From the human T2T-CHM13v2.0 reference genome, Homo sapiens: a stretch of 64,000 bases of DNA. The notes under the pieces are model-generated. The model was given only the letters and a program-made list of their open reading frames with translations. It was not told where the DNA came from and searched no databases. A program made the translations under genes and the position numbers. The stretch lies in NCBI RefSeq assembly GCF_009914755.1, contig NC_060937.1; one strand, given 5' to 3'. Below, one piece after another: positions 13,729 through 26,645 of this stretch. Each line of letters opens with the position of its first letter. The first letter of the stretch is position 1.

Positions 13729-14084
13729 TGTCTTAGTCTATTCAGGTTGCTATAATAAAATACCATAAACAAAAGGCTTACAAAAATTTACTTCTTAGTT
13801 CTGGACACTGGAAGTCCAAGATCAGGGTTCCAGCATGCTTGGGTTCTGATAAGGGCTCTTGTCTGAGGTGCAAACTGCTGGTTTCTCCTTGTGTCCTCAC
13901 ATAGCAGAAAGAAAGCAAGAGAACCCTCTTGGGCCCCTTTTATAAGGTTACTAATGCCATTCATAAGGCCTCTACCCTCATGACCCAATCACCTCCCCAA
14001 GGCCCCACCTCTTAATATCGTCGTATTGGTGGGTTAAGATTTCAACATATGAATTTGGGGGACATAAATATTCATTCCCTAACA
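13729..14084 (-). mobile_element. MaLR LTR (MLT1A/MST-like)
   Basis: tgtcttagtctattcaggttgctataataaaatacc...gatttcaacatatgaatttggggga...taaca. Confidence 0.85.
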
Positions 14085-15155
14085 AACCCTTATGTATATG
14101 ACATCCATTTCTCCCTCAGCCTGGGCAATGGCCCCCTGAACTCCCCAGGCTCAAGGAGGGTAAGATAAAGAGAGCTCTTTGCCAAGGCTCCCAGTACCCA
14201 AGTAGCAACATTCTTTGTAGCTCTTGGAGGTTTGACTCCAAGTAGGTGTGTAGGATTTTCATTCGACAGCAAATATTTCAGTTCTATGTACTAAGCGCTC
14301 TGAGAGGGTTGGAGTAAGTAGTAAAAAGACAGATGTGGCCCCTTTGTTGATGGCACTTTAAGTCCAGCAGAGAAGTGGAAGACCAGGGAGGTAGGAAGGG
14401 GTTTAAAAGCGATTCTTGGCTTAGTGTGTGGTGGCGGTCTGCGTTTGATATTTACCACTCCCTGCAGCGCCCTTCTCTGCCCCTGCCTGTTCCATCTTTC
14501 AAGACTCCAGATCAAATGCTGCTTGCCCTGAGGTGCCCTCTATGACCCTCTCCCTTCCATGCACAGCAAATTTCCCCCTCCTGTGCATGCCCATGGCATT
14601 TTGTTCCTTCCTCTGGGGTAGTTCTCTGGAGATTGGTTCTGATCTCTGCTTCTCCCTCTTCCCCTGCTCTCAGCACCATGCTTAGCCCCTAGACATAGTT
14701 AACAGACTTCCATAAAAAATAAGCGAATGAAGAAATGGACATCTTTATGGCCTTGAGCAAATCTTTCAACTTGTGTATGACTCCGTTTCCTCATCCGGCA
14801 ATAGGAATAATAATCTATCACTATGTGGGCAAGAGTCCGAGGGACCTGGAAAAGGCACCATTAAAGTTAAACGACATTACACCAGTCCACGGGTTCCTGG
14901 AAAAGCGTCCTCTTGGGAAGGGCCTGCAGACTCCCAGGCTAAGCTCCTGAAAGCCCACCTGCTTAGTTCCTCAGATACCTCAGACTGTCCCCACAGACTA
15001 TACCAAGTTCCCATTCCCTGTCTCTCCCTCAAAGTCCTATGGGTCCTGGGGCAACATCCAAGTCCCCTAATCAACTACGGAGGGCCATTAGCCTTCTTCT
15101 TTGATGTTACCCCATTGACTAGAGAGGCCAGTGTTGCTGGTGGCACCTAATTGAA

Positions 15156-15319
15156 AGAGAGCTGTGAGTATGTGAGTGTGAGAGAGAGAGAGCTGTGAGT
15201 GAGAGAGGAAGAGCTGTGAGTGTGAGGTGTGTGAAAGCTGTGAGTGTGAGAGAGCTGAGAGCTGTGAGTGTGTGTGAGCCGTGAGTGTGAGAGCTGTGAG
15301 TGTGAGAGCAGTGAGCTGC
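15156..15319 (+). repeat. Degenerate ~15-nt minisatellite (GAGAGCTGTGAGTGT)n
   Basis: About ten imperfect gagctgtgagtgtga units in tandem. Confidence 0.9.
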
Positions 15320-16805
15320 ATGGGGCACCACCAAAGCTCTCTCCTTCCCCCTGCCCTGAGTGAAGCGAGTCCTGCTTGGCCTTCCTGAAGCCCTCGGCAG
15401 CGAAGCTGGCATTAGCTACTGCTCCCCAATGGCCAGTGGGCCAGGAGGTGAGCCTGGATCCTGCACTGGGCTGTGCTCTTTTGTGAGACACGGGAGACTC
15501 TGAGCCTCCACCCCGCACCTGGAGTGCCCCTGCTATTTCCCGGGGCCTATTCCCTCTGTAGAGCCCAGGCTGACTGGCATCTCCAGCCTGCTCTACCTCC
15601 ACCTCCATCCAGGGAAGCAGTCCCTTGGAGAGCGAGGACCTGACACCCACATCCTCCCTGCACGCTCTGAGGGCTGATGGGGCCCTAGGCCCTCTGAGGT
15701 CAAATGGACCAAGGACATCACTTAGTCAGGGTCCCTAAACACCATGCACAGCCTTTAAGGGGAAGTGGCCACCACAGCCCCAGGCAACCCGACAGAGGAG
15801 CCAAGAGAGTCGGGCCAAGAATCCCCACAGGGCAGAGCTGGCCGGGCCTGGGAGATCAGCTTCCGAGCTGGCTCATTTTATAGAGCTGGAAATTGGGCCC
15901 CTGGGAGCGAGAACGGGCTTCTGAGTCCAGACTGGTGGTAACGGGCTGGCTGGCACTAAGGAAGCAACGTAAGCCAGGCTGCAGTAAAATGTCACAAGTG
16001 GGCCAAGGCCCAGCTCCAAAGCTCTAGGATTTTAAATAAAGCCACCGGTGATGTTCTGGTTGCCGGAGGCTAGGAGCTGGGTGTCCCGGGGTAGCTGGTT
16101 GCTTGAGCTCTCCTTGCCGGCGAGGGAGGCCAGCCCACGGGGCCCTGGCTCACGGCCCAGCTGGGCACCAGGTGCCCTTGGATGGCTCTCTTTCTCCACC
16201 CTCCTCTCTGAGGCATCCATCGCTTCTGCTTTACCTGGGTGGGAGCACAGAGCACCTCCTCCCACCCCTGGGGAAAAAGGAGGAGGCTTCTGCGATCTTT
16301 TAGGGAGCTTCCAAGAGGAAATGCTTTGCACAGGCCCCCCACACACAAAGGCTTGCTATGTGAACACCCACACATGAACCACAGGCGAGAATTGTGACTG
16401 ATAGGCCAAATAGAATCCCCAGCAAATTCCTTTATTACGCAAGTCCCACTGTGTGTTTAAAATAAATGCACACACACATATACCAAACTGAAAAACATTA
16501 ATGGCCATCAGAGCCCAAATCTTCTGCACTTTCCTCTGTAGCCAAAGCTGGCCTGAGTAGAGGCTACAGGAGTCATTTAAATAAAAACCCACAAAAAGGA
16601 AGAGCCCCCTTCCCTGATATACACTGATAATTCTAGCTGATGAAAACATATATAAATGAAAAGGAAGAAGAGGTGTTTGTCCCAGGAATCATGAGGATGC
16701 AGTGGCCTCTCCGCACAGGCTCAGAGACCAGCACCTTGTGGGCTCAGGGAACATAGCAAAGCGCAAAAGCCATGGCCCTCTTCCTAGCGCTTCCCTCTCG
16801 CCCAG

Positions 16806-16864
16806 GCTCTCTTACCTTCTGGAGGCTATTCTATGAAGTGGGCCTCATTGCAAACTTCGTTCCT
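16806..16864 (+). pseudogene. WDR95P: WD pseudogene exon E: (G)SLTFWRLFYEVGLIANFVP
   Basis: Acceptor cttccctctcgcccag, donor gtaagc; 59 nt, open, ends phase 0. Confidence 0.75.
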
Positions 16865-17127
16865 GTAAGCTGGGGAGTCAATTGGAAATCACTTCCCAGA
16901 GACAGGTTCAGTGTTTCGTTTTGGTGTGGTTTTTGACACTAGACTGACTGTCTAACCCAGCACCTCTGCCAGGCGCCAAGCCCTAGGCTTCATTTATCCT
17001 CATGGTGTTTATCACTGGTGGATTGACACAGGCACGACTAGTTCTTACCATTGATTGAATACAGCATTTCACTAGCCATTACCTGGTAGGAAAGCTTTGT
17101 CTGTAATGAGCCCTGTGTGTGTCTCAG

Positions 17128-17269
17128 TCCCAAGGGAAAGCCCCAGTCAGCAGCATCTCGGTGACAGCAGGAGATGCCCTTTCCTACCTGGCTAACCAGC
17201 AAGGCTTTGTGCATGTCTATGACATCCAGGAGTATGGTCTGCAGGGACAGGAGCTCCAGCCTCCCAAGA
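17128..17269 (+). pseudogene. WDR95P: WD pseudogene exon F: SQGKAPVSSISVTAGDALSYLANQQGFVHVYDIQEYGLQGQELQPPK
   Basis: Acceptor gtgtctcag, phase-0 start matches exon E; open 142 nt with a WD-like blade (VSSISVT...GFVHVYDI); weak donor gtagac, phase 1. Confidence 0.8.
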
Positions 17270-17419
17270 GTAGACAATGAACTTCATGTTAAACTCTATT
17301 GATGAGCACAGCTTCAGTTTTAGTGTAATATTCTGGTTGGTCAAATTAAATTGTACCAGCAAGGAGGGATTCTTTTAAAATCTTTAAAAGCAGATTTAGA
17401 GGAAAATATTTTAATGAAA

Positions 17420-17990
17420 ATATTCAATGTTGGCAAGGATGCAGGAAAAAAGGCACTCACACACTCTTGAATAGAGGAGGAATTGCTGTGCGTTATCTAA
17501 ATGGCAAGCTGACCATATGTATCTAAAGCTTTGAATGGCAATTCTACTTCTAGGGAATTGGCTGCAAGAAATAATAAGAAATGTGCCAAGAGATTTAGTT
17601 ATGTGGTTGTGCACTGGCACATAGTTTATAAGAGAGAGAGAAATGGACAATACAGCCGTCAAACATAAGGGAAATGGATTAGATACAAGATGGTATAATA
17701 CACTGGAGTATAATGTAGTCATTAAATAATGATGCTGTATATGGAAATGTATTTCCAGGAAAAATATTCATGATGAATTGTTAAGTGAAAAAAGGATCAG
17801 ATCACAAAATGGTATTACAGTATGATTCTATCTTTGTTAAAACAGAAGTAAACACAAGATCAAAAGTGAAAAAAATACACACTCGAGTTTTAGATATGTC
17901 ATTGTTTTTGTAGATGAGGTTATGGGGATTTTTAATTTTCTTTTTGGAAATATGTCTTTTCTAATTTTTCTGTGTACATATTGCTTTGGT
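17420..17990 (+). mobile_element. Old L1 (L1ME-type) 3' fragment
   Basis: aatgttggcaaggatgcaggaaaaaaggcactc...gcaattctacttctagg...ttaagtgaaaaaag...cagtatgattcta. Confidence 0.65.
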
Positions 17991-18228
17991 GGTAACAAAA
18001 ATAGGTTTAAAAATTTAAAAACTTTTATACAATTATAAAAGTTCTCATGTTTAGAAAAAACTCAAAGAGTACAAAAGAATAAAAAATGAAAAACAGTAGT
18101 TGTTTTTCTGACCTCCCCTACGACCTTAACCCCCCATATCTGCCTCCTGGTAAGACGGTTAATGAATTTAAATTTCCTTCCAGAAGGTTTGCATGCATAT
18201 GTATCTATATACATGTGTATACAGGGAC

Positions 18229-18251
18229 ACATACACACACACACACACACA
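18229..18251 (+). repeat. (CA)n microsatellite
   Basis: acatacacacacacacacacac. Confidence 0.9.
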
Positions 18252-18891
18252 ACACAATACCTAATTTTCAGAACTCAGTTTTTTTCTTTGTCTCTCTTGA
18301 ACAACTTTGCAAATAATCACATTTGAACAACTTTGCAAATAATCATATTTAAAATAATCATTTTTAAATGGCTATGTAATGTTCCATTAAATACATTTCT
18401 TGAAAGCCAATTTAGAGCCAATTCACATACTTCTCTTTATTTACCTGTTTCTGTTTCACCACAGGAGAAGTTTAAATGCTACCGTGAGAGAAATCAGAAT
18501 TTGGAAGTAAGAGTGGTGTGGCTTGTGTTTGTTTTTATTCCAAGAACTGAAGAGTAGCTTTCACTTGGCTATTTTAAAAATGATTTTTGATTACTTGGAA
18601 ACTTCTGCGTGCTTACCAACCTATAAGCACTGAAAAAAAACATAATATGTTCACTTTGCACAGGTCTCATTTCATAGGTCTTTGGACCTGGCATAAAGTC
18701 TTAACACATGGCAGATGCTTAATGAACACTTACCAAATTAGCAACCAATAATTTGCCACACCAGTACCTCTCTCCCTGCTGGATGCACATCCCGATCTGA
18801 CCCCGTCCTGCAGGAATGGTTACACAGCAGCTAGCATCATGGTGCGTTAACTCTCCCATCATATTTAGATATGTTCTTTCTTTTAATTTAG

Positions 18892-18931
18892 ATGTGACAT
18901 TCTGAAGGGCACATGTCAGCATGGTGACATC
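18892..18931 (+). pseudogene. WDR95P: WD pseudogene exon G: (N)VTF*RAHVSMVT(S)
   Basis: Acceptor ttcttttaatttag; phase-1 start matches exon F; TGA at 18903-18905 in the WRAH motif; followed by atgagt (dead gtgagt donor). Confidence 0.8.
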
Positions 18932-19542
18932 ATGAGTACCATTCTTTTCAAGTTCAAGAATTTGTAAAAGAGTTAAAATCATTTTCCCAATTTTGATCAA
19001 ATCAATCAGTCATCTCAGAAGCCCTCTGAATTAGTCAAAAGAGGAAAGCAACATTTCAATTCTGCCGTTGATGAAAACAAGACACACATTGCATGCACAG
19101 AACTAAAGGAAGAGATTGGAAGCCTTCTTTTTTAAAAAAATGAATGATTGTTTTCCATGAGTTGACCTGGTGTTGTAGTGCAAGTTTATAAGCTTAGTAA
19201 GTTTAAGATTTTTCTTCACTGGGGTTGAAAGGAGTCAGTGCCAAGGGCGAGATCTGAACTCTTGCTGGATGGTTCTTTTCAACCTCTTGATCTTCCTGCC
19301 AGATCCGTCATCTAGAAGGTGGTTTCTAAAAGATCTCATCTGACGTCTGAGGATGGAGTTGGGGAATTTGGAGGGAGCATGGTGTGGTAGGAAGTGGGGA
19401 AAGAAAGGTATCAAGAAGCATTCAGGAGATAAACCTGGCATCCATATCCCAACCTTAGTTAAAGGAGCACTGACATATTGATCTGATGTCCCTTTAATGA
19501 GGTAGCAGCCTTGGAGAATTTATCCTCCCCTTTTATCATTAG

Positions 19543-19628
19543 TTTGGAGCTGATAGAAGAAAAGTTTCTGCTGTCATCCTCCCTTGACTGCACTGTGTGC
19601 CTGTGGAGGAGGGACGAGGCATACACCT
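19543..19628 (+). pseudogene. WDR95P: WD pseudogene exon H: (S)LELIEEKFLLSSSLDCTVCLWRRDEAYT
   Basis: Acceptor ttttatcattag; phase-2 start matches exon G; canonical WD core LLSSSLDCTVxLW; no good donor remains. Confidence 0.85.
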
Positions 19629-19726
19629 GTCCCTCCTCCTAGGAGACATCCACCTGGCCTCCTCCTAGTCTCAGTCCTGGGCCAAAGATGTAGCCTCCAT
19701 TGATTTATGAATGCTCTGAGGTAAAA

Positions 19727-20111
19727 TGAATTAGTCTGCTCAGGCTGCCATAACAAAATACCACAAACTAAATGGCTTAAGAGACAGACAGACATTTTCT
19801 CTTAGCTCTGGAGACTGGAAGTCTGAGATGAGGGTCCCAGCATGGTTAGGGTCTGGTGAGGGCTCTCTTCCTGGCTTGCAGACGGCTGCCTTCTGGCCAT
19901 GCCCTCCCATGGTGGACAGACAGTGAGCTCTCTCACATCTCTTTTATTTAGGATGATAATCCTATAGGATCGGGGCCCCACCCTCACAATCTCATCTAAC
20001 CGTAATTACCTCCCTCAAGTCCCTATCTCCAAATACTGTCACACTGGGGATTAGGGCTTCAACATATGAATTGGGGGTAGGGGAATGGGAAACACGATGC
20101 GGTCTATTGCA
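19727..20111 (-). mobile_element. MaLR LTR (MLT1A/B-like)
   Basis: ttagtctgctcaggctgccataacaaaataccacaaact...agggcttcaacatatgaattgggg. Confidence 0.85.
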
Positions 20112-20650
20112 TAAAGTTACCTTACTTTCACAAAGTTTAGTAAAATCAAAGACATTTGTACTTATAGAAGTCAGCTTAACTGAAGGCAGTAACTTTGGTA
20201 AGAAGCTGGGTTATCATGAGAGTCATCTCTTGGTAGGAACAGTTCAGGACAAGGGGGTTAGAGGGAAGAGGCCTGGTGTGTGTGGGATGTAGAGACCAGC
20301 TTAGCCTGACTTGCTGCCCAGAGGGACTCTGTTCTTGTTCCAGTAGGGTTTTCTTGTCCCCTAGCTTATGTTCCTTAAAGCAGGTGCTAGGACTATTTTG
20401 AATTTATCTTGCAAGTTCTTATTATATTTCTGAGTAGCCTATGCACTCCTGTGATGTGTTTCGTAGGAGACATTCTAGGCCTCAGTGTCCAAGGCCAATT
20501 GCCCTGGAATTGTTTCTTATGGAAATACAGAGGCAGCACTTAATTTGCTTAAGATGACCTAGCAAGGATTAAAAAGACCTAGCAGTCTTAGCAATAAGCT
20601 TTGCTCTGATCGTATGCATAGAATTTATTCACTTATCTCTATCCTTCTAG

Positions 20651-20837
20651 GGACCTTTGGGCAGAGCAGCCCCTGGGATATTTTCACTCCTGCCTCCTAG
20701 AGCCACCTGAGAGTCCCCTATGAAGTTTTGACAGATCCCCAGAGCATGCCAGCTCACCCTGGAAGAGAGATGTTTCTGCTGGGCACAGGGGAAAGGAGGA
20801 GCAGGAGAATGTGATAGAGCAAAAAGCTCGTGCTGAG
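20651..20837 (+). pseudogene. WDR95P: WD pseudogene exon I: GTFGQSSPWDIFTPAS*SHLRVPYEVLTDPQSMPAHP / frameshift / KRDVSAGHRGKEEQENVIEQKARAE
   Basis: Acceptor ctatccttctag, donor gag|gttggt; GTFGQ..PW motif typical of WDR49-family C-termini; TAG at 20698-20700. Confidence 0.8.
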
Positions 20838-23459
20838 GTTGGTGCTGGCACATCCGTCACACCTGTGTTTACTTTGTAGCTTGCAGGCAGATCAGCATAG
20901 AATACAAAGCACAGCTTGAGTCAAGACATGATCTGGAGAAGCAAGTTAATACAGGAATGAAAGTACGTTCCTTCCATCCCAAGATTCATGCTACTGACTG
21001 GGACCAGGAGGACTTGTTGGCCCACCTGTGGGAGGGTTGGAGTTGACCTTCCAGCTTTGTCCTCCTTTTGACCAACAAAAAGGCTGTTGCCCCTGACCTC
21101 AGAACACAAGGAGACACAGCACCATACACAACCCACTGTCACATCTGAGAAAGCCAGACTGCAAACATTCAATTGCAGCATACACCTCACTGTTATGAGA
21201 TGCATTTAAAAGCAGGGCTTTCTAACCAGTGAAAGGCAGAAATGATCAGTTTAATGACCAATTCTATGAAAGTCAGTCGAAGCAAGAGATTTTGAGAGGG
21301 CCCTGGTCAATGCAGTCTTGATTTAGAATTCTGTGAAATATATGGATTTCCAAGAAATGCCTTCCCTTTAATAAATTGAAAAGAAGGTCATTTCATGAGC
21401 TATTGCTCACCAGCTATGTCACAACTAAAGGCAGAACACCTGCTCTGCCAGCAAAATCATGTGTCATAGGTTTTTCCTTGGGAGCCTCCTGGAATACTGA
21501 TTACACGGTATAACCTAGTCACTGACTCCGTAGAGCTCCAAGCATGTTCAAAATAAAAAACAAAGAGACAGGCCAAGAATAGACCAGGAAAAGCTTCTGT
21601 CTTGTCAAAAGCCGCATCTCTATGATGTTGTTCCCAGGCGTGTTCCCAAGGTTATCAAGGGGTGCTCTGGTTGCTCCCAGAAGACTCTGAATGTGTTGGC
21701 ATGACACATGGGGTGATTTAGAAATATAGTAATTTCAGTGTGCATTTGATATGGAGAAAACAATTTTGATAGACCCACAACTTAGAAAACAAAAGTACAG
21801 GGAGAGGTGGGAAGAGGGGAAAGTAAAGAACAAAAGGGCGTGGTGGGGGTGCTGATGTGGACAAAAACCCTGGTAGGTTGACTGTGAGCTACAGCAGATG
21901 TAAGGAGAAACCTGCCTGCAAGTTCAAAGTTCAGGATTAGGGAGGAAAGGGGGTAAGCTGGGAGGAAGAGGAGGGAAAGAAGGGCGGAGGGGCAGAGGGA
22001 GAGGGAGGAGGGAGGGAGGAGGAATTGGGGAGAAAGGATACCCAGTTCAAGAAACTCAGAATAGTTACATGATGCTTGCTCCCCAAGCACACGATAGGAT
22101 AAGCAAAGGCTTTGCACATGACTTTGATCTTGTGTAAGAAAACCATAGGGTGATTTTGTTTATGATTCTGTCCAGTTGGACTATGGATACCTGAGGAACT
22201 GTCTGTAAATTATTTCCAAGAAAAATACACAGAAAAAAAAGAACCTAAGCCCTTCTATAGTGTATCTGGGCCAGTCAATGGGGATCCAAATTGTAAAGTT
22301 ACAGAATAAAATGTTTGTAGCACTCTTCATGAGTTAGGGTTTCCTGGGTTCCACTTTTAAGTTCACCCAAATTAGCTTGTGCCCTCCTCTAGCAGTCATG
22401 CCCACTGAGTTAGGTATCGAATGAGGAGTGGGATTAGATGATCTCTAAGTTTCTTTCCAGCCCTAAAAATGTCAGGTTTCTCTGAATGTCTGTTTTGAAA
22501 AAGCAATGTGTTGATTGGATTCTGGATCTCAGTAGCTATTCTTCCAGGATGCCAGAGATCAATCACGACCACAATAAAAATAAGTTGACTGGATGCAGAA
22601 AATCATTCACCTGGAAGATATCACATATGAGCTGGTAGTTTGAAAATCAAGTCAAAGCTCAGGGGAAAAGGCTCTTGTTATCTAATGGGTTCAGTCAGCC
22701 TGCATCTTGTTCCAAAGCAGAAAATTCATGTAACTGACAGGTGGCCCTTGTTCCTCATTACCAATGTAATGTGATTGTGGGTTCCTGCTCCCATATCTGT
22801 TCCTTCTTCCAGCCTGAAAAGACTGATAACATTCTCTCTCCAGAAGATTCCATCCTTGAAGCTGAGATGAAAGAAGGCATAAACAAACAGAATGCATTTT
22901 GCAATAGGAGTTAGTCTGAAAGAATCACCCAAGTCAAAGAGGGGGCCCTCCTGAAATAATGCAGCCTTTCTTGGCAGAGGCATCTCAGGCTGCCCTGTCG
23001 TCTGCAAGAGTCACTGTCCCTTAGCCAACCCCACCACCCCATCCTGTTAGTATAACTGAGGTCACAGCTCAAATCTCACACGTCAAATGTCCTTCTGCAG
23101 GATTCAGGGCACTCTAAGACTCCCCCAGTTTCACCATCAAGGCCCCCTTCAGTTCTTCACCCCAAGCTGCGTGGCTGATGTTCCTTCCCCCAGTGCCACT
23201 TAAAGTACGACTGCCTCACTCTTCCTCCTTAGGACTCCTGTGCAGCCACTCTGGCCTCCTGAGAGCATGAGGTGGAGAGGGGCCCTGAGGCTCCCAAAGC
23301 TATGGAAACCCGGGGTACCACAGAGACCCTGTGCGCCTGCCTGGTCTCCCTGTGCTGTGATGTGGTGGGCTTTACAGGGAAGCAGGGCAAATTAGTGCCT
23401 CTCTCTAGCTCTGTGGGTTATTTTGTTCCCTGTGTCCCACACTGGCCTTCTTGGGTCAC

Positions 23460-23530
23460 AATCCCTATGACATTTGCAAAATGATAAAACCCCCTAACAA
23501 TGCATTTCTCAGAATGGAGATGCATGACTG
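23460..23530. mobile_element. Tigger3-like DNA transposon terminus
   Basis: cctaacaatgcatttctcagaa...gatgcatgactg followed by TA. Confidence 0.55.
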
Positions 23531-25419
23531 TATATCTTTTAAGTCAAGGAACCATTAAAAAATGATGCATACATCCCGTAAACATTTTATTTCAATTTGC
23601 AACGTTAAGATGTACATTCATTTGCCAATCTTTTGATGTAGAGCCAAGGCTGTTTCTTCAACTGAGAGATGAGTTCAGCATGGTCTTCCATAATGCATTA
23701 TATATGATTTTCAATTTCCACTTTGTAAAAGTAGAGTAAGAATTTAATGATATTTGCAAAGCAATATGAGTGCAATATCTTTGCAGATTTTTATAATTTC
23801 TCCGACACTTTAACAGTGGTTTCACATATCCTCAATTCAGTATCACCCTTCAGCTAGTCTTTTCAAAGTCTTCACCTTAACTTTCACAAAGTTTTTTTTA
23901 TGAATTTCATGAATTTTCATTTTATTTAAATAAATTTATCAGCACAATGAAATGCATGACGGGCACAAACAGGTTTGAGAACAAACCTTGTTCTAAGCAC
24001 ACAACTCAATCCCTCACCTGCTGGAGCAGAAGTATACCGGCCACTTTCACCACCTTCCAGGCATTAGTGTTCAGAGGGCTGTGGGCATTTGGCAGGGTGT
24101 TGACAGAGAGCCAGCTAATCCATCAACTCACCTAAGACAGTGTCTGCTGCAGCGATCCTTTGAGCAATGGATTCCCTAGAAATAAAATCAACACTTTCCC
24201 TGGGCAGCTTGGCTGCGGGACCAAGGACAGAGAGAGAGAACCCAGGAGGGAGGAAGGTGATGGCCCTGTGGTCAGCCCACTCATGTTAGTTCTACAAGAT
24301 ACCTCACGTACATTGTCTTAGTGTGGCCCAATTTCTCAAATAGCACACACCTTATTCAATATCAACAACATGTTGATGATCTTCCACCCAGGGATATCTC
24401 ACCCATTTAGGTAGGAAATCACTAAATTCCATTGTTAGTTCTCACAACGTCCCTGGAGATGTTCTATTTGTTATCTCCACTTTACAGATGAAGAAACTGA
24501 GGCTTAGGGAGGACTTGTAATTTGCCAAACTTAAAACACCAATATGTGGCAAGGCAGGAATAGGATCCCACTTCTCTTTCTGCCACCCCACCGTGATAAG
24601 GCCTTGGAGAAGGGCTATTATAGGAGCATACAACGGAAGGGGTGTTGCTTACAAATGCTCCGAACACTTTGAAGATATGGACAATCGGCACATTGCTGTG
24701 GAATCAAGCATGTCCTTGCAAACTGCAAGCCAAATGATGGTGCTGGTGTTAACGAACAGACTCGCAGAGGCTGGGTCAGCTTACACAGAAAGAAGAAGAG
24801 AGATGGCCGGAGTGAGGTGCTTCCCAGGCTGTGCAGGATGAAGTGAGGCATGGAGAGGCGACTGGAAATCATCTCCAGAGAGGTGGGGCCAGGATGACCC
24901 AAGGGGATGTGTGTGGAGAAAAGTGGGTGCAGCCACCTCGAGTGCTCAAAGAGAAGGAGGGACGGATTGAGCAGAGATTGTAGGTCAGGCGAGAGGAACC
25001 AGAGAACAGGCAGAAAACAGTGCCACAGAGACCAAATATGCTCCAGGAAAGGCTGGTTGATACCTGGTACCCTCGGTAGATCAAGAGCATTCAGATCTGG
25101 TCTCAAGGTTTTTGTTGAAAATTCTTCATGAATATTTTCAAGGAAAGGTTGTTCAACATTTCCCTGTGCGATATTTGGCGGCCACCACTCAGTGCCAGGC
25201 GCTGTGCAGTGATACAACCACGGATGGAAAGGAGTCTGTGTCCTGAAGGAGCTCACACATCCCTGGCTGTCCCCTGACACGATCGGAATGCAAAGCATGG
25301 TGGGGGTGCTCACTTGGGAGGTCAGCAGGGTGCCTTCCCAGAGGGAGAGAACTTATGCTGAGACCTGAAAGATGAGTAGGATGTGGCCATCTGAAAGGAA
25401 GCCTTAAGAGAAGGAAGAG

Positions 25420-25748
25420 CTGCTACCATGCGGATGAACCTTGAGGACCTTATGCTAATGAAATGAGCCAGTCACAGAAAGACAAATACTGATTCCACTC
25501 GCAGGAGGCACCTGGTGTATTCCAATTCATAGAGACAGAAAGTAGAATGGTGGTTGCCAGGGGCTGGGGAGAAGGAAATGGAGAATTGTTGTTTCATGGG
25601 TGTAGAGTTTCAGTTTTGCAAGATGAAAAGCACTCTGGAGATGGATGGTGGTGGTGGTTGCACAACAATGTGAATGTACTTAATGCTGTGGAATTGTGCA
25701 CTTAAAAGTGGTTAAGATGGTAAATTTATGTTATGTGTGTTTCACCAC
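25420..25748 (+). mobile_element. L1MB-type 3' end, interrupted by an Alu
   Basis: ggatgaaccttgaggaccttatgctaatgaaatgagccagtcacagaaagacaaatact...cacttaaaagtggttaagatggtaaattt. Confidence 0.85.
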
Positions 25749-26045
25749 TTTTTTTTTTTTTTTTGAGACAGAGTCTTGCACTATCACCTGGGCTGGAGCA
25801 CAGTATTGTGATCTTGGCTCACTGCAACTTCCACCTCCTGGGTTCAAGCAATTCTCCTGCCTCAGCCTTCTGAGTAGCTGGAATTATAGGCACCTGCCAC
25901 CATGCCCAGCTAATTTTTTGTATTTTTAGTAGGGACAGGGTTTCACCATGTTGGCCAGGCTGGTCTCGAACTCCTGACCTTGTGATTTGCCCGCCTTGGC
26001 CTCCCAAAGTGCTGGGATTACAGGCATGAACCACCACACCCAGCC
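25749..26045 (-). mobile_element. Alu (AluS-like)
   Basis: Poly-T, gagacagagtcttgc...ccaccacacccagcc. Confidence 0.95.
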
Positions 26046-26436
26046 ATTTTTCCACAATCAAAGAGAGACAGAGAAGAGCCTGAGGCAAGGCCACTAGGCA
26101 AGAGAGAGGGGATGTTCTGGATCTGGAAATTTCTAGTAGTTCAATGTGGTTGGCACAGAGCTGGGGGTGGCAGCGGCAAGGACAAGATGATGAAGGGAAA
26201 GGGTTTGAGGAGTGGAAGCAGATGGCTTTCCGAGGGGTTTAGACACATCCAGGAGGTAGGAAAGAGTGGGCAACATAGGATCAAGTAGAAGGGATTGACG
26301 GAAATATGTTTTTGCTGATGGAAAATGTGCAATGACCATGCTCTACCTGGGGTCTTTGCTTTAAGCAGGGGAAGCAGGGGGCCCTCAGGTGCCCAAGGAA
26401 TCTGCACCCTGTACTTACCTGGTTATTTCCCACCAG

Positions 26437-26645
26437 GCTGCTGCTGGGGCAGAGCAAGCCCTCCTGGAGAGCACCTGTGCCAGGGGTGGCCCAGCATTTA
26501 CCAGACCTTCCAGGGCCACGAGGTCGCCTGCGTGTCAGGTCTCAGGGAGAAGCCAGATTTGTCTGTTACTGGCTCAGACTTGTTTAATTTAAATTTTCTT
26601 ACACAGGAAGAAGAAGGAAGTGAAGCTGCCCAGAAGGAGTCCTGA
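26437..26645 (+). pseudogene. Probable terminal exon of the WD pseudogene (...GWPSIYQTFQGHEVACVSGLREKPDLSVTGSDLFNLNFLTQEEEGSEAAQKES*)
   Basis: Acceptor ttatttcccaccag, open protein-like frame to TGA at 26643-26645; phase link to exon I not established. Confidence 0.45.

Noticed and set aside
15156-15319. Repeat array as CRISPR-like
   Set aside because: Eukaryotic context and no unique spacers; it is a degenerate minisatellite.
22600-22690. QGKRLLL-like peptide as a penultimate pseudo-exon
   Set aside because: No convincing splice sites; too short to distinguish from chance.
24618-25313. 231-aa minus-strand ORF
   Set aside because: No motif or splice context and overlaps degenerate L2-like sequence; a chance ORF is expected in 64 kb.
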